64,000 nucleotides of DNA, from the NCBI GenBank assembly GCA_965199715.1, contig CBDATA010000001.1:160001-224000 (forward strand), read 5' to 3'. The stretch is from Vicinamibacteria bacterium (GTDB lineage Bacteria > Acidobacteriota > Vicinamibacteria > Marinacidobacterales > Marinacidobacteraceae). Position 1 is the stretch's first letter. Every line of letters begins with the position of its first letter. The notes under the pieces are model-generated. The model did not search any database. It was not told the origin of the DNA and saw nothing but the letters and a program-made list of their open reading frames with translations. A program made the position numbers and the translations under genes. This document shows positions 20,394 to 30,502 of the stretch, piece by piece.

Positions 20394-21397
20394 TCCCGGG
20401 GCGGCACGGCGGTGGTCACCCGGACCATGCCGGCCCGCTCGAATTCGGCGAAGGCCGCTTCGGCGGCGTCGGTGAAGTCCGCTCCGGGAACGACCACCGG
20501 CGAGGTCGCGTCGTCCAGCAGGAATACCTTGCGGGCGAGTCCCGGATCGCGGCGCGCGATCTCGTCCCGCAGGTCGGCGACCGTCCACGCCACGCAGTGG
20601 CTCTTCGCCTGCCCGGCCACGATGAGCGCGTCGAATCCGAGCAGGCGCTCGAGCAGCGTGCGGTTCGGCTCCGCGATCGGGGCGCCGTCCGCGCCTTCCA
20701 GCACCTCGGCGCGCAGCACCGAGTAGTTCTCGGTGAGCGGATTGCGGCCCTTGATCTCGAAGACCGGCTGCGCCGAGCGGGCGACCGAGTGGAAGAAGAT
20801 CGCCTCCTCGATCGCGGGCGCGAGCGCGTGGCCGGCGCCGCCCAGCATCGCGTGGTAGGGCCAGATCACGAGGTTGTACTTGCCCTGGGCCTCGAGGCGG
20901 CGGCAGTAGTGAAGGGCATGGGCGGCGAGCGCGTCCTCCGACAGTCCGGCCGCGTCGGCGGCGTCGGGGTTCACCCGGAAGCGGCCGGCCTCGAGGTCGG
21001 CGGCGGTGATCTGGCTGTAGGGCGCCGGCGGGGCGCCGCTCTCGTCCATGAAGAAGTGCGGATGGAAGACCTGGATCGTCGTGTGGGTGTCCAGCGTCGC
21101 GACCACTTCGGTGACGAGGTCGAGGTTCCGGTACAGGAACTGGCAGATGCGCCACGAGTCCCGGACGGCGCCGAGGCCCGAGCGTCCGGCCACGAACAGC
21201 TCCCCGCCGGGCAGGCAGAAGGTGTTCTGGCAGTCCACCAGAAGCAGCCCGACGCGCGGCCGGTCGCGGCGCGCCGGGCGGATGTCGTGCTCCCGGGCCC
21301 AGGCGCGGGCGGCCTCGGCCCGATCCTGGTAGGGCACCCGGTACAGGGCGCCGACGCGCTCGGGGTCGAAGAAGTCGGGAATCGGAAGCTGGGCCAT
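20372..21397 (-). CDS. pncA: Nicotinamidase / isochorismatase-family cysteine hydrolase
   Basis: [39 protein letters not shown]; adjacent to pncB. Confidence 0.8.
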   Translation of the reverse strand: MAQLPIPDFFDPERVGALYRVPYQDRAEAARAWAREHDIRPARRDRPRVGLLLVDCQNTFCLPGGELFVAGRSGLGAVRDSWRICQFLYRNLDLVTEVVATLDTHTTIQVFHPHFFMDESGAPPAPYSQITAADLEAGRFRVNPDAADAAGLSEDALAAHALHYCRRLEAQGKYNLVIWPYHAMLGGAGHALAPAIEEAIFFHSVARSAQPVFEIKGRNPLTENYSVLRAEVLEGADGAPIAEPNRTLLERLLGFDALIVAGQAKSHCVAWTVADLRDEIARRDPGLARKVFLLDDATSPVVVPGADFTDAAEAAFAEFERAGMVRVTTAVPPREWRGFPT

Positions 21398-21436
21398 TCG
21401 CTGGGTCTCCGCGGCCGTGTTTAGGCTACCCGCGCC

Positions 21437-22711
21437 ATGTTATCCAGCGACCGCATCCGCCGGAACCCGGACGAGGTCGCGGAGAAGCTCCGCCGCCGGG
21501 GCCACGACGGGGACCTGGGCCCGATCCTCGAACTCTTCGCCGAGCGCGCCGCGATCCAGACCGAGGTGAGCGCGGTCCGCCAGCGGCTCAAGACGCAGAA
21601 CCGAGAGGTCGGCGACCTCTACCGTGCCGGCAAGCCGGAGGAGGCCGAGCGGCTGCGGGCGAGCCTCGCCGCCGCTCCAGACGGGGCGGCGCAGCGCGAG
21701 GCCCGGCTCAAGGAGGTCGAGGAACGGCTCCGTCCGCTCCTGCTGGAGCTGCCGAACCTCCCCGACGACCGGGTTCCGGTCGGACCGGACGAGACCGCGA
21801 ATCGGGAGATCCGCCGGGTCGGGGAGCCGCCCGCCTTCGACTTCGAGCCGCGCTCGCACGAGGAGCTCGCGACCGCGCTCGGAATTGCGGACCTGAAACG
21901 TGCCGCGAAGCTCAGCGGCGCGCGGTTCGCGGTGCTGCGCGGGGTCGGCGCGAAGCTGGAGCGGGCGCTCACCCGGTTCATGCTGGACGTCCAGACCGGA
22001 CGGGGCTACGAGGAGATCTGGTCTCCGCTGCTGGTCAAGGCCTCGGCCCTCACCGGCACCGGCCAGTTGCCCAAGTTCCGCGACGACCTGTTCGGGATCG
22101 AGGGGCGCGACCTCTTCCTGATTCCGACGGCGGAGGTGCCGCTCACGAACCTGCACGCCGAGGAGACGCTCGAGGCGAAGGACCTTCCGAAGCGCTACGT
22201 CGCGGCCACGCCCTGCTTCCGCTCGGAGGCGGGCGCCTACGGGCAGGACACGCGGGGGCTCATCCGCCAGCACCAATTCGACAAGGTGGAGCTGGTGCGC
22301 GTCGCCGACCGGGAGAGCTCCGCCGAGCAACTGGAGGCGCTCACCGCCGACGCCGAACGCATCCTCCAGTTGCTGGAGCTGCCCTACCGAGTGGTGCTGC
22401 TCTCGACCGGCGACATGGGGGCGACCGCGACCATGACCTACGACCTCGAGGTCTGGCTGCCGTCCGTCGGCCAGTACCGGGAGATCAGCTCGTGCAGCGA
22501 CTGCGGCGACTACCAGGCGCGCCGCGCCGGGATCCGCTACCGCCCGGCCCCGGGCGCGAAGGCGCAGTTCTGCCACACGCTCAACGGCTCCGGGCTCGCG
22601 GTCGGGCGGACGTGGCTCGCGCTGCTGGAGAACTTCCAGCGCGCCGACGGCTCGATCGGGATCCCGAAGGCGCTGCGGCCCTATCTCGACGGCCTCGAGG
22701 AAATCCGCTGA
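21437..22711 (+). CDS. serS: Serine--tRNA ligase
   Basis: N-terminal coiled coil, TGQLPKF, LIPTAEVPL, FRSEAG, RQHQFDKVEL, YREISSCS, HTLNGSGLAVGR. Confidence 0.98.
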   Translation: MLSSDRIRRNPDEVAEKLRRRGHDGDLGPILELFAERAAIQTEVSAVRQRLKTQNREVGDLYRAGKPEEAERLRASLAAAPDGAAQREARLKEVEERLRPLLLELPNLPDDRVPVGPDETANREIRRVGEPPAFDFEPRSHEELATALGIADLKRAAKLSGARFAVLRGVGAKLERALTRFMLDVQTGRGYEEIWSPLLVKASALTGTGQLPKFRDDLFGIEGRDLFLIPTAEVPLTNLHAEETLEAKDLPKRYVAATPCFRSEAGAYGQDTRGLIRQHQFDKVELVRVADRESSAEQLEALTADAERILQLLELPYRVVLLSTGDMGATATMTYDLEVWLPSVGQYREISSCSDCGDYQARRAGIRYRPAPGAKAQFCHTLNGSGLAVGRTWLALLENFQRADGSIGIPKALRPYLDGLEEIR

Positions 22712-22721
22712 GCCGGGACGG

Positions 22722-22806
22722 CGGAGGGAGAGGGATTCGAACCCCCGGACCCTCTCGGGTCAATGGTTTTCAAGACCACCGCCTTAAGCCGCTCGGCCAC
22801 CCCTCC
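22722..22806 (-). tRNA. tRNA-Ser (anticodon TGA), CCA not encoded
   Basis: GGAGGGGTGGCCGAGCGGCTTAAGGCGGTGGTC-TTGAAA-ACCATTGACCCGAGAGGGTCCGGGGGTTCGAATCCCTCTCCCTCCG; long variable arm; followed by CCG. Confidence 0.95.
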
Positions 22807-22823
22807 GGCCGCCCGGCGGCCCG

Positions 22824-23747
22824 TCAGCCTTCGGGCAGCGCCTGCAGCATGGCGTTCGCCATCGCCGCCGAGGCTCCGTCCGGCTCCATCTCGACCACCA
22901 TGGTCAGATGGGTCCGGGCTGAGGCGAAGTCGCCCTTGTTGAGGTACGCCTTCGCGATCTCGAGGTGCGGTTCGGCCCAATCCAGCTTCCGTTCCGCCGC
23001 GATCTGGAAGTACTCGATGGCCTCGTCCACGTTGCCGCTCTGGAAGTAGATGGCGGCCACGTTGAACGGGATGACCTCGTCGTCGGTGCTGTCCACCGCG
23101 ACCTTGAAGTACTCGACGGCCGTCGTCAGGTCGTTCGCCGCGACCGCGATCTCGGCCATCGAGATGAGCGCCGGCGCGCTCATCGGGTCCTGGTCGAGGA
23201 CGGCCTGGAACGCGACCTTCGCGTCTTCGGAGCGATCGAGCTCGCGCAGCACCGTGCCCCGGTTCAGGTGTAGCTGGTACATCGTGGGGTCGGCCGCGAG
23301 CACCTCGTCGTACTTCACGAGCGCCTCCTCCCAGCGCCCCGCCTGATGCAGCTCCTGCGCCTCGGCGAGGAGGCCGCCGCCGGTTCCGGCGGAGCCGCCC
23401 ATCGCCGCCGGCTCGAGCACGAGGTCCATGTCCGGGTTGCGGCCGGCCTGCCGCATCGTGGCCTGGTAGTTGTAGGGCTGGAATCCGGGCGCCGAGACCG
23501 AGAAGTCGTAGGCGCGGCTGCGGAACCCGAGGATCGCCCAGCGTCCGTTCGCATCCGTCGTCGCCTCGAGCGTGCGTTCCGAATCGCCGCTCGAGACCGT
23601 GATCGTGGCGCCATCGATGGGGTCGCCGTTCGGGTCCTTGACCGTCCCGGAAACCCGTCCGGTTCCCATCTGGGCCAGGGCGGCCGAGGCCGAGAACGAC
23701 AGCAGGAACGCGATCAGGCCGACGCGCCCGAGTTTCGTGAGGTGCAT
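22824..23747 (-). CDS. Secreted carboxypeptidase-regulatory-like domain plus TPR protein
   Basis: Signal peptide, [21 protein letters not shown], multiple TPRs; AAGGAG RBS. Confidence 0.88.
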   Translation of the reverse strand: MHLTKLGRVGLIAFLLSFSASAALAQMGTGRVSGTVKDPNGDPIDGATITVSSGDSERTLEATTDANGRWAILGFRSRAYDFSVSAPGFQPYNYQATMRQAGRNPDMDLVLEPAAMGGSAGTGGGLLAEAQELHQAGRWEEALVKYDEVLAADPTMYQLHLNRGTVLRELDRSEDAKVAFQAVLDQDPMSAPALISMAEIAVAANDLTTAVEYFKVAVDSTDDEVIPFNVAAIYFQSGNVDEAIEYFQIAAERKLDWAEPHLEIAKAYLNKGDFASARTHLTMVVEMEPDGASAAMANAMLQALPEG

Positions 23748-23812
23748 GGGGATCTCCTTCGCAGCGGGGTCCCGACGGACGCCGCGCGCGAGCGCCGGAC
23801 CCGTGCGCCACC

Positions 23813-23886
23813 TGGCTGGGAAGCAGGGACTCGAACCCCGATTCCACGGTCCAGAGCCGTGTGTCCTGCCATTGGACGACTTCCCA
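23813..23886 (-). tRNA. tRNA-Gln (anticodon CTG)
   Basis: TGGGAAGTCGTCCAATGGCAGGACACACGGCT-CTG-GACCGTGGAATCGGGGTTCGAGTCCCTGCTTCCCAGCCA. Confidence 0.95.
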
Positions 23887-24054
23887 GTGGCGCGGCAAGG
23901 TATGCAGGATAACAGGAATGAGACCGCCGGAGCAGACGCGGAAGCGACTTCGCGGGCGCGACCAACTCTTGCTTTCGCTATGTCCGAATGTGACGCATTC
24001 AGCCGCTAGCGTCCCTCTCGTTCCCGCTCAGGAGCGTTGCCCGGAGGGCGTCCC

Positions 24055-25065
24055 ATGAACGACAAGCCAAGACACGAGCGCCTGAAGAAACTCATCGAGC
24101 TGGCGATCAGGCTCCAGCGGCCGCACGGAATGACGCTCGACGAGATCCAGCGCGACTTCGAGGTCAAGCGGCGCACCGCCGAACGCATGCGGGCCACGGT
24201 CGCCGACGCCTTCGGGGAGCTGGAGCGCGTCGAGTCCTGGGAGACCAAGCGCCGCTGGCGGCTTCGCTCGACGACGGTCCACCACCTCATCCTGATCTCC
24301 CCGGGGGAGCTCGCCGAACTGGAGACCGCGGCGAGGGCCGCGGAGACGTCCAGCCTCGAGGATCGCGCGAAGGCGCTGCGCAGCATCGCGGAGAAGGTCC
24401 ACGCGGCTCTCCGCCCCGAGTCGCGCCGCCGCGTCGAGTCCGATCTGGGGGCGCTCGTGCAGGCGGAGGGAGTCGCCGTGCAGCCCGGGCCGAGGATCCG
24501 CCTGCCGCCCCAGATGATCCACTCGCTCCGGGAGGCGATCGTCGGCCGCCGCTGGGCGACGTTCAAGTACTTCTCGCAGGACGGCAAGATGCGGGAGCCG
24601 CGGGTGCGCCCCCTCGGGATCCTGTACGGGCGCCGGCCCTTCCTCGTCGCGTCGGGCGAGTGGGGCACCGTGCCGTGGTTGTGGCGGCTCCAGAACGTCC
24701 GCAACATCCACGTCGGCGACGAGACTTTCCCCGATCCGGACTTCGACCTGGCCGACTACGCGAGCCATTCGTTCGGCGTGTACCAAGAGGAGCCGGTGGA
24801 CGTCGTGCTGCGGTTCGGCGCCAGCGTGGACGCGGACGCCGCCGACTTCCTGTTCCACGTGAACCAGACCACCGAGACGAACGCGGACGGATCGCTCACG
24901 GTCCGGTTCCGCGCCGGCGGCATGATCGAGATGTGCCACCACCTGTTCACGTGGGGCGACAGCGTCACGATCGAACAGCCGAAGGAGCTGCGGGAGCAGC
25001 TTGCGAAGATGGCCGCCCAGGTGGCCGCCCACCACGGCCCGCCCCGCCCACACCCGCAGGCGTAG
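24055..25065 (+). CDS. HTH-WYL-WCX transcriptional regulator
   Basis: N-terminal wHTH (GMTLDEIQRDFEVKRRTAERM), WYL (VRPLGILYGRRPFLVA...WRLQNV), PDFDLADYASHSFGVY, WCX (HLFTWGDSVTIEQPKELR); GGAGG RBS. Confidence 0.92.
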   Translation: MNDKPRHERLKKLIELAIRLQRPHGMTLDEIQRDFEVKRRTAERMRATVADAFGELERVESWETKRRWRLRSTTVHHLILISPGELAELETAARAAETSSLEDRAKALRSIAEKVHAALRPESRRRVESDLGALVQAEGVAVQPGPRIRLPPQMIHSLREAIVGRRWATFKYFSQDGKMREPRVRPLGILYGRRPFLVASGEWGTVPWLWRLQNVRNIHVGDETFPDPDFDLADYASHSFGVYQEEPVDVVLRFGASVDADAADFLFHVNQTTETNADGSLTVRFRAGGMIEMCHHLFTWGDSVTIEQPKELREQLAKMAAQVAAHHGPPRPHPQA

Positions 25066-25072
25066 GCGACCG

Positions 25073-25846
25073 ATGTCCCCGATCCGCTCGCGTGAGCTGC
25101 GCCCGATGGCCCGCCGGAGCTCCGCTCGGCGGGGGAAGGCGCGTCCGAAACGGCGTCCGTCTCGGCCCTTCGATCCCGGCCGGCGCCCCCCTTCCGGCGC
25201 GGAGGTTCCCGTCGGAGGCGTCGCGCCGACGCGCCCCGGCCGGGCGCGCGCCTCCCGGGGCGGAGGCCTCAACCTGTCTCGGGAACAAGTCGAAGGCGTC
25301 ATCGGGGAGCTGAACAAGGCGGCGAAGTGGCGGGTGACGCTGACGTTCTTGCCGAAGATGGCGCAAGCCCGATGGCGCGTGGCGCTCGCTTGGGTGGACG
25401 CGGCGATGCCCTGCGCGCCGATGCGGTTCCCGCGCTGGTATCGCTGGATCGGCCTGGGCGCGCTCTCGTACACGCCCATCCGCCGTGGGCGAACGCGACG
25501 ACTCGGAGCACCGATGTCTCACGACGACGAAATCGTGCCCGAACGTACCGTCTGGCACTGGCTTGCCCACCGGGAAGCGCCGCTCCGATCGATTCCAGAA
25601 CGCGGTCGAGCGGCCATTCGGGAATGGGCCCGCCGCGCGCGACTCAAGCGGCGCACGGGGAGCAAGTCCCTGTACCGCACGCTCAACAATGCGATCGACC
25701 AACACGAGAGGCCCCGCCACTTCGCCGACCGGCATGACCTCGGCACGGCGCCGGCCGACGTCGCGGGTTTCTTCGACTTCTACGAGGCGCGGAAGGAGCG
25801 GCTGCGGCCGAAGCTGCACGACCGGCTCGTGGATCCCGCCGCCTGA
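25073..25846 (+). pseudogene. Mosaic/degenerate ORF ending in a DUF262/GmrSD-like C-terminal segment
   Basis: Low-complexity start. The C-terminus RHDLGTAPADVAGFFDFYEARKERLRPKL resembles the tail of DUF262-DUF1524 nucleases from memory; unverified. Confidence 0.35.
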
Positions 25847-25913
25847 CCGCCCCGAACCCGCCAGGGCGTGTACGATCCCGGCATTCGGCTGGCGCCGGCG
25901 CGGCCCTGCCGCC

Positions 25914-26000
25914 GGAGAGGTGCTGGAGTGGCTGAACAGGGCTGCCTGCTAAGCAGTTGCACGGGGAACCGTGCCGAGGGTTCGAATCCCTCCCTCTCCG
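25914..26000 (+). tRNA. tRNA-Ser (anticodon GCT), CCA not encoded
   Basis: GGAGAGGTGCTGGAGTGGCTGAACAGGGCTGCCT-GCT-AAGCAGTTGCACGGGGAACCGTGCCGAGGGTTCGAATCCCTCCCTCTCCG; TACGAT -10-like box at 25871. Confidence 0.95.
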
Positions 26001-28831
26001 CCGGGCCGGCCGCCGTCCTCCTCCTGCTCGCCCTCGCCGCGGCCCCAGCCGCCGCCCAGCCCACCGGGGGCGCGACCGGGGTCGTGACCGACGAGACCGG
26101 CGGCGTCCTTCCCGGAGCGCGGGTCTCGCTCGTCCTCGCCGAGCGCGGAGTCCTCCGCGAGCAGGTCGCCGGACCGACGGGTCGGTTCGGGTTCGCCGGG
26201 CTCCAGCCGGGGGCGTGGACCGTGAGCGCGTCGCTCGCCGGCTTCCGGGACGCGACCCCCGCCGAGGTGGTCGTCGCGGCCGGTTCGGTGACCGAGGTGA
26301 ACCTGCGCCTCTCGATCGCCGGGGTCGCCGAGAGCGTCACCGCGGTGCGGGCGCTCGACCTGCGGGGCGGCGGCGTCCGCGAGACGGTGGACGCGCCGAT
26401 GCTCGAGAACCTCCCCAACACGCGCGACGTCTGGACTGTTCTCGAGCAGACGCCGGGCGTGATGATGGACAAGGTCAACGTGGGCGGGGCCGAGAGCGGC
26501 CAGCAGTCGCTCATGTCCGCCGCCGGGTCGGCGTGGACCCAGAACCAGTACTACCTGAACGGGGTCAACGTGACCGACCCCGGGGCGATGGGCGCGACGA
26601 TCACCTACTTCTCCTACGACAGCTTCGAGGAGGTCGAGGTCTCGACCGCCGGCCACCGCGCCGAAATCCAGACGCCGGGGGTGTTCCTGAACGTCGTGAC
26701 CCGTCGCGGCGACAACCGCTTCCAGGGGAGCGCCAGCTTCTTCTACGAGCACGAGCGCTTCCAGGCCGAGAACCTCGACGACGGGCTGCGCGCCCGGGGC
26801 GTGGGACAGGCGAACCGGCTGAAGCGGCTGCTGGACGGAAGCGCCGACTTGGGCGGCCCGATCCGCCGGGATCGGGCGTGGTTCTACTTCAACTACTCCC
26901 GCTTCCGGGTGGAGCCGTTCCTCCCCGGCTTCTTCCTCGAGAACGGCGAACCCGGAGTGGATCTCACCGAGCTGGAGAACGTGCTCGGGCGGGCCAGCGT
27001 CCGGATCGCCGAAGGCCACGAGATCGGGGCGTTCTACTACCGCAACCGGAAGTTCCGGCCGTATCGGAACGCGAGCCTGTTCCGCCCCCGGCCCGAGACG
27101 ACGCTCCACCAGGACTCGACCATGACGCTGGGGCAGCTCTCGTGGTCCGGGGTCTTCGGCGAATCCACGCTCGCCGAGGCGCGCGTCAGCGTCGTGGACC
27201 TCTACTTCCCCTACGGAGCGCAGCCCGACCGGGAGCCCGAGGTCTCGCGCTGGGAGCTGAACACCGGGGTCTGGTACGGCGGCTCCGGCGCCAACACGAT
27301 CTACGAGCGCGACCGCTGGCAGGCGAGCGGCAGCGTGACCGCCTTCCGGGACGGGCTCTTCGGCGGGACCAACGAGTTCAAGATCGGCTTCGAGGCCACG
27401 AGGAACCCGGGCCGCACGACCCACGACCTCCACGAGGGGATCGTCTATGTCCACGACCGGGTCCGGCCCATCGAGGTCACGCTCTACAGCGACCCGGTCG
27501 CGACCAGGAACGTCACCCGCAACGTCGGCTTCTACGCCCAGGACACGCTCGTGCGCGGGCCGCTCATCCTCGAGGCCGGGCTGCGGGCGGACTGGTGGGA
27601 CGCGGGCTTCCCCGACCAGTCGCAGGAGGCCGGCCGGTGGAGCGAAGCCTTCGCGGCGTTCGGCGTTCCGCTGCGGACCGAGGGCCGGTCGGGGCTCGCG
27701 TCGTGGTTCGGGATCGCTCCGCGCCTCGGGGTCCACTACCGGCTGACCGACGACGGGCGGACGTGGATCCGGGGGAGCGCCGGGCGCTACCTCCACCAGA
27801 TGGGCCTCGCGATCCCCGGCTTCGGCAACCCGAACGCCCGCGCCTCGGCCCGGTTCCGGCTCGACGATCGCAACTTCAACCGCCTGCTCGACCCGGGCGA
27901 GGCGGACCTCGCAAGCCCGCTCAGCGTCTTCATCCCGGTGCGCAATGAGATCGATCCCGACCTGATGCAGCCGCGCACCGACGAGTTGACGCTCGGGATC
28001 CACCGGGAGCTCGGGCGCGGCGTCACCGTCGGCCTCACCGGAATTCTGCGGGAGGAGCGGAATCTCATCGAGGACGTGGACGTGGGGGTTCCGGCGAGCG
28101 CGTGGCGGGCGACCGACCACTTCGACCCCGGGCGCGACTTCGTCCGGGGCACCGACGACGACGTTCCGCTCACGCTGTGGCTCCAGGACCCGGCGACGCT
28201 CGGCCAGAGCCGCTTCCGCCTGACGAACCCCGGGCTCGACGCGAGCTACCGGGGGCTGATCCTCGAGGCGCGAAGGCGCTACGCGGGCGGCTGGCAGCTT
28301 CTCGCGTCGGTGACGGTAAGCCGCTCCACCGGCTGGCTCCCCGGCCCCGGCGACCAGGTGGACGAGGGGACCGGGTTTCCCGGGGAGCTCCTGAACACGC
28401 CGAACCACGGCGACCTCCACCAGGGCCGGACGTTCTGGGACCGGCCCTTCATCGCCCGGCTCTCGGGGAGCCGCCGCCTGCGCTGGGGCCTTTCGGCGGC
28501 GGGGTCGCTGCGGGCGCACTCGGGCTGGCCCAACTACCGCTCGGTGATCTTCACCCAGACCCTCGACGGCCGGCCGTTGCCCCAGGGCAGCACCGAGGTG
28601 ATCGTGGAGCCGCCCGGAGCCGCCCGCTCGCCCGCGGTCCCGCTCCTCGACTTCCGGCTGGATCACCGGCTGGAACTCGGCGGAGCCGAGATCGCGACGT
28701 TCCTCGATCTGTTCAACGCGCTCAACCTGAACAACGTCGTCGGCGAAGGCTCCCGCGACGACGCCTTCGGGGCGGTGGTCGGGATCCTGCCGCCGCGGGT
28801 CGCCCGGATCGGGATGCGCCTGCGCTTCTGA
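25928..28831 (+). CDS. TonB-dependent receptor (Oar-type, N-terminal carboxypeptidase-regulatory-like domain); start codon unresolved, overlaps tRNA-Ser
   Basis: AVLLLLALAAAPAAAQ signal core, GVVTDETGGVLPGA, plug LPNTRDVWTVLEQTPGV, LGGPIRRDRAWFY, APRLG, terminal GMRLRF. Confidence 0.85.
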   Translation: MAEQGCLLSSCTGNRAEGSNPSLSAGPAAVLLLLALAAAPAAAQPTGGATGVVTDETGGVLPGARVSLVLAERGVLREQVAGPTGRFGFAGLQPGAWTVSASLAGFRDATPAEVVVAAGSVTEVNLRLSIAGVAESVTAVRALDLRGGGVRETVDAPMLENLPNTRDVWTVLEQTPGVMMDKVNVGGAESGQQSLMSAAGSAWTQNQYYLNGVNVTDPGAMGATITYFSYDSFEEVEVSTAGHRAEIQTPGVFLNVVTRRGDNRFQGSASFFYEHERFQAENLDDGLRARGVGQANRLKRLLDGSADLGGPIRRDRAWFYFNYSRFRVEPFLPGFFLENGEPGVDLTELENVLGRASVRIAEGHEIGAFYYRNRKFRPYRNASLFRPRPETTLHQDSTMTLGQLSWSGVFGESTLAEARVSVVDLYFPYGAQPDREPEVSRWELNTGVWYGGSGANTIYERDRWQASGSVTAFRDGLFGGTNEFKIGFEATRNPGRTTHDLHEGIVYVHDRVRPIEVTLYSDPVATRNVTRNVGFYAQDTLVRGPLILEAGLRADWWDAGFPDQSQEAGRWSEAFAAFGVPLRTEGRSGLASWFGIAPRLGVHYRLTDDGRTWIRGSAGRYLHQMGLAIPGFGNPNARASARFRLDDRNFNRLLDPGEADLASPLSVFIPVRNEIDPDLMQPRTDELTLGIHRELGRGVTVGLTGILREERNLIEDVDVGVPASAWRATDHFDPGRDFVRGTDDDVPLTLWLQDPATLGQSRFRLTNPGLDASYRGLILEARRRYAGGWQLLASVTVSRSTGWLPGPGDQVDEGTGFPGELLNTPNHGDLHQGRTFWDRPFIARLSGSRRLRWGLSAAGSLRAHSGWPNYRSVIFTQTLDGRPLPQGSTEVIVEPPGAARSPAVPLLDFRLDHRLELGGAEIATFLDLFNALNLNNVVGEGSRDDAFGAVVGILPPRVARIGMRLRF

Positions 28832-29577
28832 TGGGCGACTGGGATCCGGACGGCTACGCGAAGTTCCGCGAGTTTCGGGCGCGTTCGGCGCGGGATCCGA
28901 TCGCCCGCATCCCGCTCCGGCGCGCGTCGTTCGTCTGCGATCTCGGCTGCGGAACCGGCGAGATCACGAGCGTGCTCGCCGAGCGGTTCCCCGAGGCGCG
29001 GGTGGTCGGGATCGACGCGTCGCCGGCGATGCTCGCCCGCGCCCCGAAAGGGCCGCGTCGAATGGGTCCGCGCCGACGTCGCGACATGGAAGCCCTACCA
29101 GCGGCCCGACCTCATCTTCTCGAACGGGGAGCTCCACTGGCTCGACCGCCACGAGGAGCTGTTTCCGCGGCTCATGGGCATGCTGGCGCCGGGCGGCCAG
29201 CTCGCGGTCCAGATGCCGCTCGGACGCGGGCAGCCGGCCCCCGACCTCATGCTGGAGACGCTCGGCGACCACCCGCTCAGGGCCGCCGCCGCACGCGACC
29301 GGGTGCTCGATCCCGCGGCCTACCACGAGCTGCTCGCGCCGTTCCGCCGGGATCTGGATGTCTGGGAGACCGAGCGCCACCACCGGCTCGAGGGCGAGGA
29401 ACCGGACTTCGAGTGGGTGCGGGCGACCGCGCTGCGCCCGATCCTGAACGGCCTCGCAGGCGCCGAACGCGAGAGGTTCGTCGCCGAGTGCCGGGAGCGG
29501 CTTCGCGCCGCCGATCCGGGGGGGCCGACGGGGTCACCGGGTTCCGGTTCCGGCGGCTCTTTCTCATCGCGCGCTGA
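28831..29577 (+). pseudogene. tam: Trans-aconitate 2-methyltransferase-like SAM methyltransferase with two compensating frameshifts
   Basis: Frame A: WDPDGYAKF, DLGCGTG, GIDASPAML. Frame +1 from about 29055: VEWVRAD, LHWL, LAPGGQLAVQMP, DVWET, LRPIL. Back to frame A at the G7 run (29518-29524): FRRLFLIAR*. Confidence 0.8.
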
Positions 29578-30502
29578 CGACCGCCCGGACCAGCTCCGGA
29601 TCCAACCGGTCGGCGGCCTCCTCTCGAACCCGCCGCGCCAGCGCCTCCAGCGCGGATCGGTCGGGGCTGGCGAACCGCACGCCGGCCTCCCGCAGCGCCT
29701 CGAGCGCGTCTTCGTCCTGCCGCCGGTACTCCGCCCGCTCCGCGTCGATGGACGCCCGCGCCGCCCGAAGGATCGCCGCTTGTTCGGCCGGCGCGAGCCC
29801 GTCGAAGAAGCGGCGGCTCATCACCAGCGGCTGGACCAAGTACATCCAGCCGATCTCGGACCAGTACGGCGCGACCTCGTAGAACCGCTTCGAGAGGTAG
29901 TTCGAGCGGGCCGCCTCGGCGCCGTCGATCACCCCCTGCTCCAGCGCGGTGTACACCTCGCCGTAGGCCATCGGCAGCGGACTCGCCCCGAACGCCGAGA
30001 ACGCCCTCAGGTGGAGCGGGTTCTCCATGGTTCGGATCTTGAGCCCGGCGAGGTCCTCGGTCCGCTCGACGGCGCGGTTCGTGGTCATCAGGTGCCGCAG
30101 CCCGGCCTCGAAGTACCCCAGCAGCACGAGGCCCCGCTCGCGCAGCGGCTCCTCGAACCGCCGACCGACCGGGCCGTCGAGCACCGAGTAGAGGTGCGGG
30201 CGATCCCGGAACAGGTACGGCAGGTCGAACACCAGCATGTCGGGGACGAAGGTCGCGAGCGGGGCGTTCGCGACCGCGGCGACCTGCACCGCACCGAGGA
30301 TCGCGAGCTCGATGACGTCGCGTTCCGAGCCGAGCGCGTTGTTCGGGTGGACCTCCACGCGCATCCCGGATTGCGCGAGCTCGTCGCGGAAGACTTCGAG
30401 CCCGCGGACCGCCGGCTCGTTCGCGGCGGCGCTGGAGCTCGCCCGAATCGCCGGCGCGTCCCCGGTGCACCCGGCGAGCAGCAGCGGGGCGAGCCAGCGC
30501 AT
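29564..30502 (-). CDS. dctP: TRAP transporter substrate-binding protein (lipoprotein)
   Basis: LLAGC lipobox, HPNNALGSERD, DLPYLFRD, GLKIRTM, EVYTALEQGVIDG. Confidence 0.92.
   Translation of the reverse strand: MRWLAPLLLAGCTGDAPAIRASSSAAANEPAVRGLEVFRDELAQSGMRVEVHPNNALGSERDVIELAILGAVQVAAVANAPLATFVPDMLVFDLPYLFRDRPHLYSVLDGPVGRRFEEPLRERGLVLLGYFEAGLRHLMTTNRAVERTEDLAGLKIRTMENPLHLRAFSAFGASPLPMAYGEVYTALEQGVIDGAEAARSNYLSKRFYEVAPYWSEIGWMYLVQPLVMSRRFFDGLAPAEQAAILRAARASIDAERAEYRRQDEDALEALREAGVRFASPDRSALEALARRVREEAADRLDPELVRAVVSAR

Noticed and set aside
19179-21397. pncA-pncB as a phage-type NAD reconstitution or anti-defence module
   Set aside because: Standard Preiss-Handler salvage pair in a housekeeping context with host-like composition.
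22722-22806. tRNA with TGA in the anticodon loop next to serS as a possible tRNA-Sec or UGA suppressor
   Set aside because: Anticodon 5'-UGA-3' reads UCA (Ser). tRNA-Sec needs anticodon UCA and an extended acceptor stem; this is an ordinary tRNA-Ser.
23813-26000. tRNA-anchored integrative element
   Set aside because: The segment lies between the 5' ends of both tRNAs; no duplicated tRNA 3' end or integrase was seen.
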